The translations under genes were made by a program, and so were the position numbers. From Desulfobulbus propionicus DSM 2032 (GTDB taxonomy: Bacteria > Desulfobacterota > Desulfobulbia > Desulfobulbales > Desulfobulbaceae), in contig NC_014972.1 in assembly GCF_000186885.1 (NCBI RefSeq), positions 3,720,001-3,752,000 on the forward strand: a stretch of 32,000 nt of DNA. The letters run 5' to 3'. How positions within the stretch are numbered: the stretch's first letter is position 1; the number at the start of each line of letters is the position of its first letter. Below the pieces are notes generated by a model. It saw only the letters and a list, made by a program, of their open reading frames with translations. It had not been told where the DNA came from and searched no databases. This document shows positions 21,656 through 29,388 of this stretch, in pieces.

Positions 21656-23101
21656 TCAACGGATCTCGCGGAGATCGATAATCTCCATCTTGTGGTTCCG
21701 GTGCGGGTTTTCGGGTGACGGCCCTTCAGTCTGGATGATGCAGCTTCCCTTGAGATTGTATTTCAAGGCGTAATCACGGGCAAAATCGGTCCAGTCCGCC
21801 GGGTGATTGATCTCGTAGAGGGGAAAGACCCCGTAGGAAAAGAGCAATTCCCGGCAGGTCTTCTTGTTGGCACTCACCGCCAGAACCCAAGTGGGCAGCT
21901 TGTAGCGCGACAACCGCCGGGCGGTGAGGCCGCTGTCCGTGGGCGCGAGGATGGCGGCCACGGTATCGTTGTGGCTGACGATGGCATTGACGCTGGAGGC
22001 GATGTAATCCACCTCCCGAATCTCGGTATACACCGGGTGTTCGGGCATCTTGCGGTAACTGTGGCGGGTGCGGTGCGGTTCGGTGGCCACGGCGATCTGC
22101 ATCAGCATGCGCACCGCCTCCAGTGGATAACGGCCCATGGCCGACTCCTCGGAGAGCATCACACAGTCGGTGCCGTCGAGAATGGCGTTGGCCACGTCGG
22201 TGGCCTCGGCCCGGGTCGGTCTGCGGTTGTTGGTCATGGATTCGAGCATCTGGGTGGCGGTGATGACCGGCTTGCCGAACAGGTTGGCGCGGGAGGTGAT
22301 CAGCTTCTGCATGATGGCGATCTCCTCGATCGGCAGTTCCACCCCGAGATCGCCCCGGGCCACCATCACGCCGTCCGCCTCGTCCAGGATCTGGTCGATC
22401 TTCTCCAGGATCGAGGCGCGCTCGATCTTGGCAATGACAAAGGGCTGGTAACCCATTGCGGCCGCCGCCTCGCGCACCGCGCGGATGTCGGCGGCATCGT
22501 TGACAAAGGACTGGCTGATGGCGTCCACCCCGTTCTCCAGGGCAAAACGCATGCAATTCCGATCGTGCTCGGTGAAGGCGGAGATGCCCAGATCGATCCC
22601 CGGCAGGTTGAGGCCCTTTTTCGAGCGCAGCTTGCCGCCGACCAGCACGCGGCAATGGACCCGTTCCTCCTCGACCTCTTCCACCCGCACCTGAATCAAG
22701 CCGTCATTGATGAACAACACATCACCGGGCCGCACCGCCTGGGGCAGTTCCTTGAGGGTCACCGAAACCATCGATCGATTGCCCGCCACCTCTTCGGTGG
22801 TCAGGGTGAAACAGTCGCCGATGACCAGCTCGACCGGTTCCACGGCCAGGGTACCGATGCGGATCTTGGGTCCGGGCAGATCGGCCATGATCGCCACCGG
22901 CCGGCTGACCCGCTCCGCTGCCTGGCGAATGCGGCGAATCACCTCGCCGTGCACCCGGAAATCGCCGTGGGAGAAATTGAGCCGGGCAATATTCATCCCG
23001 GCCTCGAGCATTTTCTCCAGCATCTCCGGCGAATCCGAGGCCGGACCGATGGTGCAGACCAGTTTGGTTTTACAGGCGGGCAGAATGGGCGTGTTGTACA
23101 T
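21656..23101 (-). CDS. pyk: Pyruvate kinase
   Basis: KTKLVCTIGPAS, RLNFSHG and MVARGDLGVE motifs. Start set at the ATG at 23101 with GGAG upstream. Confidence 0.95.
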   Translation of the reverse strand: MYNTPILPACKTKLVCTIGPASDSPEMLEKMLEAGMNIARLNFSHGDFRVHGEVIRRIRQAAERVSRPVAIMADLPGPKIRIGTLAVEPVELVIGDCFTLTTEEVAGNRSMVSVTLKELPQAVRPGDVLFINDGLIQVRVEEVEEERVHCRVLVGGKLRSKKGLNLPGIDLGISAFTEHDRNCMRFALENGVDAISQSFVNDAADIRAVREAAAAMGYQPFVIAKIERASILEKIDQILDEADGVMVARGDLGVELPIEEIAIMQKLITSRANLFGKPVITATQMLESMTNNRRPTRAEATDVANAILDGTDCVMLSEESAMGRYPLEAVRMLMQIAVATEPHRTRHSYRKMPEHPVYTEIREVDYIASSVNAIVSHNDTVAAILAPTDSGLTARRLSRYKLPTWVLAVSANKKTCRELLFSYGVFPLYEINHPADWTDFARDYALKYNLKGSCIIQTEGPSPENPHRNHKMEIIDLREIR

Positions 23102-23154
23102 GGCGTCTCCGTGTAAACAATGGATGGAATACAAATCAACCAGAAGCAGACGAA

Positions 23155-23568
23155 TCAAAACCGCTGGGTCAAGTCGCCCAGCGACTGGTCCATGGAGGCG
23201 CGCAGCCGTTCCTCGATGGGGCTGGCATTGCCCTGGGCATCGATCTTGACATAAACCATCCGAGTCGAGCAGACCAGTTCCTCAAGATCTTTTTCAAAGT
23301 CAAAGCGCCGCGCCTCGACGTCGATGGTCAGCGAGGTGGTGCCGACCTTGTATACCCGGGCGTAGATGCGCACATGGTGACTGATCTTGACCGGCCGCCG
23401 GAACAGGACCTCTTCCATCTTGAGGGTTACCATGTTGGGGGCGCGGCAGAGATAGCCGGCAAAGGCCGCCCCGGCCTCGTCCAACCAGGACAGCAAGGTG
23501 CCGCCGAAGAGGTTGCCGTTGAGGCCGATTTCGCTGGCCCGACAGATTTTGGTGGCCACATAGTGCAT
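23155..23568 (-). CDS. Hotdog-fold acyl-CoA thioesterase (YciA-like)
   Basis: 137 aa. N..G.LFGG.LLSWLDEAG motif. AAGGAG RBS before the ATG at 23568. The upstream 190 aa of the track ORF overlap radA antisense and are Pro/Arg/Ser junk. Confidence 0.75.
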   Translation of the reverse strand: MHYVATKICRASEIGLNGNLFGGTLLSWLDEAGAAFAGYLCRAPNMVTLKMEEVLFRRPVKISHHVRIYARVYKVGTTSLTIDVEARRFDFEKDLEELVCSTRMVYVKIDAQGNASPIEERLRASMDQSLGDLTQRF

Positions 23569-23797
23569 GGCGAACTCCTTGCTGCCGCCAGAAGATGGAG
23601 CGCGGCAGGAAGGCGCCTCGTCTTCGGGTCGGCAAACGGGTCGTGATCGATGGAAGAAGAGCCCGGGCGAACGTCTTGCGCCGCCTGGCGGGCCGGGGTA
23701 TAAGGCTACGATAAGAAAGCTCTGAAAAATTTCACGGAAAAACAGGCAGGCCCTCCGGTCTTTTCCACCCATCCATCCTCTTTCTCGCATAACGCGC

Positions 23798-25165
23798 ATG
23801 GCCACCCCGAAAAAAGACACCCTGCTCTTCGTCTGCGGCCAGTGCGGTTTTGAAAGCCGCAAATGGCTGGGACGCTGCCCCGACTGCGGCGCCTGGGACA
23901 GCCTGGGCGAACAGCAAAAACCGCTCGTCCTCCGCCCCGGCCGCAAGGCGGCGACAGCCCAGCCGCTGGCGGCTGCCGGGGAGGAAGAGACCGCCCGCCT
24001 GGTGACCAGCATCGGTGAGATGGATCGGGTGCTCGGCGGCGGCATCGTGCCCGGCTCCCTGGTGCTGATCGGCGGCGATCCGGGCATCGGCAAGTCGACC
24101 CTGATCCTGCAGCTGCTCTCGTCGCTGGCGGCCAAGGGGCTCAAGGTGCTCTACGTCACCGGCGAGGAATCGGTGCGCCAGATCCGCATGCGGGCCAACC
24201 GCCTCAACATCGAGGATCCGGCGATTTCCGTGTCCACCGAGAACTGCGTCGAGGCCATTGTCGATCTGGCCGGGACCATGCAACCGGCCCTGCTGGCGGT
24301 GGATTCGATCCAGACGGTGTATAGCGAGGAGGTCGGGTCGGCGCCCGGCTCGGTCACCCAGGTGCGCGAGGCCACGGCCAGGCTGCTGGCCCTGGCCAAA
24401 TCGAGCCATCTGCCGATTCTGCTGGTCGGCCACGTGACCAAGGACGGGGCCATCGCCGGTCCGCGGGTACTGGAGCATATGGTCGATACGGTGCTCTATT
24501 TCGAAGGGGATCGCGGCCAGGTGTTCCGTATTCTACGGACGGTGAAGAACCGGTTCGGCTCGACCAACGAGATCGGGGTGTTCGAGATGCAGGAGAGCGG
24601 CTTGGTCGGGGTGGACAACCCCTCGGCCCTGTTCCTCGCCGAGCGGCCGGTCAATGTGCCGGGGTCGGTGGTGTTGCCCAGCGTCGAGGGCACGCGGCCA
24701 ATCCTGGTCGAGGTCCAGGCCCTGGTCAGTCGCTCCAGTCTGGGCACGGCCCGGCGTACCGCCATCGGCGCCGATCCGCAGCGGCTGGCCCTGCTCACCG
24801 CCGTGCTGGAAAAAAAGCTCGGGGTGACGCTGTTTGATCACGACATCTTTCTCAACATCGCCGGCGGCATCCGCATCATCGAGCCGGCCCTGGACCTGGG
24901 GGTGGTGGCGGCCCTGCTGTCCAGTTTTCTTGAGAAACCGATCGATCCCGGGACCGTGGTCTGCGGCGAGGTCGGCCTGGCCGGCGAGGTCCGGGCCGTG
25001 GGCCAGATGGAGATGCGGCTGCGCGAGGCCGGCCGGCTTGGCTTCAAGACCTTTCTCATGCCGGAATCCTCGACGCGCCAACTGCAGTCCAAGGCCAGGG
25101 AAGGATTGCACCTCCTGCCGGTGCGGACGGTGGCGGAGTTGGCCGACAGCCTGTTTCGCGCCTGA
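23798..25165 (+). CDS. radA: DNA repair protein RadA/Sms
   Basis: N-terminal zinc finger CGQCGFESRKWLGRCPDCGAW, Walker A GDPGIGKST, the KNRFG motif and a Lon-like C-domain. Confidence 0.95.
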   Translation: MATPKKDTLLFVCGQCGFESRKWLGRCPDCGAWDSLGEQQKPLVLRPGRKAATAQPLAAAGEEETARLVTSIGEMDRVLGGGIVPGSLVLIGGDPGIGKSTLILQLLSSLAAKGLKVLYVTGEESVRQIRMRANRLNIEDPAISVSTENCVEAIVDLAGTMQPALLAVDSIQTVYSEEVGSAPGSVTQVREATARLLALAKSSHLPILLVGHVTKDGAIAGPRVLEHMVDTVLYFEGDRGQVFRILRTVKNRFGSTNEIGVFEMQESGLVGVDNPSALFLAERPVNVPGSVVLPSVEGTRPILVEVQALVSRSSLGTARRTAIGADPQRLALLTAVLEKKLGVTLFDHDIFLNIAGGIRIIEPALDLGVVAALLSSFLEKPIDPGTVVCGEVGLAGEVRAVGQMEMRLREAGRLGFKTFLMPESSTRQLQSKAREGLHLLPVRTVAELADSLFRA

Positions 25166-25246
25166 TCGACCCTCGGCATCCGCCCCCCTGCTCCTCCCGA
25201 TGTTCCGCGAGGAGAGGTTCCCGCTGCAACCGCGCCAGCAGTCCGA

Positions 25247-28200
25247 TCACCGCCGGTAGATGCGCACCTCGATCCCGGGTGTGCTCTGCATCTGATTCCA
25301 GCGGCCATCGGCGATATGGACCTTGGCCCGGATCTCGTCACGGGAGCGGAACGGCCGTTCCCGAAGAATGGCATCGGCGAGTTCCTCACCGATGCCGGAA
25401 AGGCCGATCAGTTCGGCGCGGGACATCTCGTTGAGATACACCACCCGTTTGGGGATGGCCCGGGTGGCGTAATGGTCGAGCTGGGTATCGATTTCATTGT
25501 CCACCGTATGCCGTGCCACGCTGGAACCGGCGGCCCCCGAGGACAGCACCTCGTGGGCCGCGCAGTCAAGGGCGACCGGAATGGCCTGCTCGCCTTCGAT
25601 GATGTCGGCCTTGTCCTCGGCATCGGGATTGCCCAGGGCACGCAGGTAGGTGATGTCCGCCTGCCGCGACGGCTGCCCGTAACGGGCCGTGACCACAAAA
25701 TTGACGGTTTTCAGGTTGCGCGCCTGGGCCTGGGCCGCTGTCGGCGTACTGTAGGCCCCCTCGGTGCCGTTCACCGCCAATTTGACGAATTTTTCGAACC
25801 GGTTTTTATGGTCGCTGTTGGCGGCCTGGGTCAGCGGAGTAAGGTTGTCCCAGGTGTTGCCCGGACCGCCGAGATTGTCGTTGAGCAGATGCCCCTTGAT
25901 GTAGTAGACCCCTTCCCCCTGCTTGCGTTTGCTGATCTTGCCCCACAGGGGATTGCCCATGTCGCCGGAAGAGGGGGAACTGCCATTGGCATGGATCGGG
26001 GTCAGACGCATGACGCTGGCCGAGCCGCCGAAGCCGTTCACTCTGCCGCCGTACACCGGTGGAGTGGAAGCGGTGATATCGACCGGCATGAACCGTGCCG
26101 TGGCATCGGCAAGACGGGCCAGCAGACCGTCAATGATGTCGGCGTGGTTGGTGGTGGCGGCCGGACCTCCTCCGGGTCCCGGGGTGGGGTTGTCGGTGCT
26201 GGCGGTGACGATGGCGGCATCCAATTCGGTGGCGACCTGGACAGCCTGCTGCTTGTCACCCTGCTTGTCCGGCGGCACCTCGACCGTGCGAAGGAAATCC
26301 TGATACGGTGTCGGCGCGGAAGCCATCATCACCCTGGCAGAGCGGCCGCTGCCCTGAATATAGAGGCTGTGCCGTCCGCCGCCCGCCTGAAACTCGCGTC
26401 GTGCCCGCCACCAGTCCCGGAGACGGGCCACGCCCCGCCGAACCGCCGCCGTGCCCCGCCGCACCATGGCGATCACCGCCCGCCCCAACCGCAGGGCCCG
26501 GTCGATCAGCCAGTCGACCGCTCCGGTCACCCGCTCCCTGAGCCCACCGAGAATCTCCCGCAGCCGCTGCGACAGTCGGCCCAGACCGGCCTGGTTGGCG
26601 AGAAAACCGATGGCGATCGGCAGGGCGCTTGCCAGGGCGCTCTCGACAAAACCGGCCGCCTCGCCGATGGCGCCCCGGGCGATGCCGCCGATGCCGTCCA
26701 GCACCCGGGAGACGATCTCCAGCATCTGCCGCAGGTACTGCATGAACGACTCGATGGCCCGATAGATGGCGATCAGGGTATTGATCACCGGCATGATGCC
26801 GGTGACGTCGAGCAGGGAGAGCAGCCAGCGACTGGCCCAGCCGATCACCCGCTCGGTGATGAAGCCGGTCACGCCCTGCACGACCGTGTCCCACAGGTTG
26901 GACAACCGCTCGCTCACCTCCCGCCACAGCCCGGCCGGGCCGTCATTGATCAGGGTGGCGACAAACGACCACACCCCGGTGGCGATCTCCAGCATCGAGC
27001 GCAGCCGGGCAACGATGGCCGGATCGATGCGCCGTTCCAGGCGGGCAAAGATGGTGTCCCGGGTCAAACCAAGGACATCGAGGACAAAGCCCAGGACCGA
27101 GCGCAGGGAAAAGTCGGCCGGCGGGTTGATGCCCGCCTCGCGCACGGTGGCGAACAGCCAGTTGGTGAAGCCGGCCAGCAGATGGGTGCCGATATTGCCG
27201 AAGAAGCGGGTGAACCCGGCCCCCATGGCGCGCAGCAGGTTGGCGAGAAACCCGAGCGGATCGGTGAGGATGGCGCCAATGGCGCCGGCGGCCTTAGCCA
27301 AAATCTGCACCACCAGTTGCGCCGGCACATTGAAAATGCGCAGCACCGCCTGGAAAAAGGCCCAGGCCGCAGCGGCGAGGTCACCGTCGACAAAGATGCG
27401 GCGCAGGATGCCCAGCGCGGTCTGCTGCACCCGGGGCCAGAGCTCGGGGTCGGAGAAGAACTGACCGAACACCGGAATCCGGGCCAGGATCTGGTTCTTG
27501 ATGAAATTTTCCACCGGCTCGCGGATGCAGCGCGGCACCCGCTGCCAGATCGAATTGAGCACCAACAGCGGCAGCTGCAACAGGTCGCCAAAGATGGTGA
27601 TCACCTTGCGCACCGTGTCCAGCACCAGTTCCAGAAAGGGGGTGAGCGCATCGAAGCCCTGCACCAGCCAGGTGAACAGCACCGCCACCTTGTCGCGCGC
27701 CCAGGCGAGCAGGCTGGTGATTCCCTCTTCCAGCCAGGTGAAGGCCCCGGCCAGCCAGGACAGCAAATCGCTGGCCCGCAAGCGCCCGATTAGACCACTG
27801 ACCAAGGCGCCGACCCCGGCGATCCGTTCGCCCAGCCACTGGCCGGCGCCGACAATGATCCGCCGCACCGTGGCGATGATGTTCTGCACCGACGGCAGCA
27901 CCGAGGCCAGGGTGTCGCGTGCCGCCGGTACCCCGTCGCCGCCGTCCATGCCCGAGGCGGCGGTGTCCAGTTCGCCTGAAAGCTGCTGGGCTTGCTCGCC
28001 CATCTCGCGGACAAAGGCGGGTGGAATCAGTTCGGCCACCCGTCCGGCAAACTCAGCCACCGGCTGCCACACCGGCCGCGTTTGCGTTTTGACCCAATCC
28101 CAGGCCTCGCCCGCCTTGCGGCTGATCCAGCCGAGCACCCCGCCCTGGCTGCCGGTGCTGTCCTCACCCTCGGAGGAGCCGAACAGCAGGTCCTTGAACC

Positions 28201-29371
28201 AGTTCCATACCCGCGCGGCTGCCTCGCGCACCGGCCGGATCCATTCCCAGAAACGGCGACCCAGATCCTGAATCCCTTCCCAGACCGCGCCGCCAAATTC
28301 GCGCAGCCACTGCACCGCCGGGGCACCGAAGTTGGCCCACAGGTCGCGGAAGAAATCCCCCACCGGCTGGAGGAACTCGGTCAACTTGTTCCAGGCCACG
28401 CCGGCGGTCTCGACCACAAAGGTCTTCATGTCGTTGATGGCGGCCATCAATGGCTCGCACCGGCCCGAGGCCAGGCCGCTGGCGATGGCGGCGGCGCGCT
28501 CCACCAGGCCGGCGAAGAAATCGATCAGCTGGCGCGGCCCGTCAAAGGGCACCAGGGCCCGCAGGGTGCCGATGAACCCGTCCCAGGCCCGGGCCACCTG
28601 GCGGCCGAGCCAGGTGAGGATGCCCTCGTCGACGATGGCGCGCACGGTGCGGGCAAATTCGGGGGAAATGGTTTCCAAGAGCCGCCAGCCGAACTCGCGG
28701 ATCTTGTCCACCGCCCAATCGGCAATGTCGCCCAGGGTCTCGACCGCGCCATGGTAGAGATCGCTCCAGAAGCCGCGCCGCACCGGCTGCTGTTCGACAC
28801 TGCTGGTCTCGCCGCGTTGCTGGGCCACATGGGCCAGTTCGTGGGCAAGGAGAAAACGGCCGGCAGCGGTTTCGGGTTGATAGTATCCCCGGTTGAAGGC
28901 GATATGGTCGCCGATGGTGAAGGCTTGAGCGTACAGGGTTTCGTTGAGCCTGATGGCGCGCGGATCGGTATGCAGGCGGATCGCGCCCAGATCCATGCCG
29001 AAACGGGCCTCCATGTCGGTGCGCAACGGCGGCGGCAGGGGATCGCCGCCACTTTGCAGGGCCGTGATCTCGCGCTCGATGGATTCGGGCAGGGATTGTT
29101 CTTCTTCGGGAGGATGATGCACCCCCTCGTGATCCCCCGAGGGTGAGAGGGCGCACCGGATCGCCGCACGGTTGACGGAGGCGGTTGCAGTCCCACTGGC
29201 CTCCCCGGCCGCCGCCATCTTCCGGCCTAGGGCTTTGGCGGCAATGCGGTCGGCCTGCTGCTCGGCCTCGTCATGCGCGGCGCCCAGCTTGAGTTTGGGC
29301 CGCACGCCGGCGGGCACACGGACCGGCGGCCTATGGGCCGGCTGTTTCTGGACGAGCGCGGCGGTCAGCAT
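25247..29371 (-). CDS. 1374-aa multidomain DUF4157 (HExxH) protein with an HNH/EndoVII-like motif and a ComEA-like HhH tail; putative toxin/effector
   Basis: DUF4157 signature at aa ~108-186: PLPPPLRTDMEARFGMDLGAIRLHTD...AFTIGDHIAFNRGYY...GRFLLAHELAHVAQQ (HELAH at nt 28829-28843). YYIKGHLLNDNLGGPGNTWDNLTPLTQAANSDH at nt 25808-25894. LNEMSRAELIGLSGIGEELADAILRERPF at nt 25352-25435. The ATG lies 17 nt after the upstream stop, with a GAGGGGG RBS. Confidence 0.8.
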   Translation of the reverse strand: MLTAALVQKQPAHRPPVRVPAGVRPKLKLGAAHDEAEQQADRIAAKALGRKMAAAGEASGTATASVNRAAIRCALSPSGDHEGVHHPPEEEQSLPESIEREITALQSGGDPLPPPLRTDMEARFGMDLGAIRLHTDPRAIRLNETLYAQAFTIGDHIAFNRGYYQPETAAGRFLLAHELAHVAQQRGETSSVEQQPVRRGFWSDLYHGAVETLGDIADWAVDKIREFGWRLLETISPEFARTVRAIVDEGILTWLGRQVARAWDGFIGTLRALVPFDGPRQLIDFFAGLVERAAAIASGLASGRCEPLMAAINDMKTFVVETAGVAWNKLTEFLQPVGDFFRDLWANFGAPAVQWLREFGGAVWEGIQDLGRRFWEWIRPVREAAARVWNWFKDLLFGSSEGEDSTGSQGGVLGWISRKAGEAWDWVKTQTRPVWQPVAEFAGRVAELIPPAFVREMGEQAQQLSGELDTAASGMDGGDGVPAARDTLASVLPSVQNIIATVRRIIVGAGQWLGERIAGVGALVSGLIGRLRASDLLSWLAGAFTWLEEGITSLLAWARDKVAVLFTWLVQGFDALTPFLELVLDTVRKVITIFGDLLQLPLLVLNSIWQRVPRCIREPVENFIKNQILARIPVFGQFFSDPELWPRVQQTALGILRRIFVDGDLAAAAWAFFQAVLRIFNVPAQLVVQILAKAAGAIGAILTDPLGFLANLLRAMGAGFTRFFGNIGTHLLAGFTNWLFATVREAGINPPADFSLRSVLGFVLDVLGLTRDTIFARLERRIDPAIVARLRSMLEIATGVWSFVATLINDGPAGLWREVSERLSNLWDTVVQGVTGFITERVIGWASRWLLSLLDVTGIMPVINTLIAIYRAIESFMQYLRQMLEIVSRVLDGIGGIARGAIGEAAGFVESALASALPIAIGFLANQAGLGRLSQRLREILGGLRERVTGAVDWLIDRALRLGRAVIAMVRRGTAAVRRGVARLRDWWRARREFQAGGGRHSLYIQGSGRSARVMMASAPTPYQDFLRTVEVPPDKQGDKQQAVQVATELDAAIVTASTDNPTPGPGGGPAATTNHADIIDGLLARLADATARFMPVDITASTPPVYGGRVNGFGGSASVMRLTPIHANGSSPSSGDMGNPLWGKISKRKQGEGVYYIKGHLLNDNLGGPGNTWDNLTPLTQAANSDHKNRFEKFVKLAVNGTEGAYSTPTAAQAQARNLKTVNFVVTARYGQPSRQADITYLRALGNPDAEDKADIIEGEQAIPVALDCAAHEVLSSGAAGSSVARHTVDNEIDTQLDHYATRAIPKRVVYLNEMSRAELIGLSGIGEELADAILRERPFRSRDEIRAKVHIADGRWNQMQSTPGIEVRIYRR

Positions 29372-29388
29372 GGCGCCCGATCACCCCC

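Noticed and set aside
23569-24144. N-terminal 190 aa of the 329-aa track ORF upstream of the thioesterase
   Set aside because: It overlaps radA antisense, has Pro/Ser/Arg-rich composition, and a good AAGGAG RBS precedes the internal Met at 23568.
25316-27793. 825-aa ORF on the + strand, antisense to the 1374-aa gene
   Set aside because: Gly/Arg/Pro/His/Asp-rich junk composition typical of shadow frames in high-GC DNA. It has no motifs, and the opposite strand carries clear DUF4157, HNH-like and HhH signatures.
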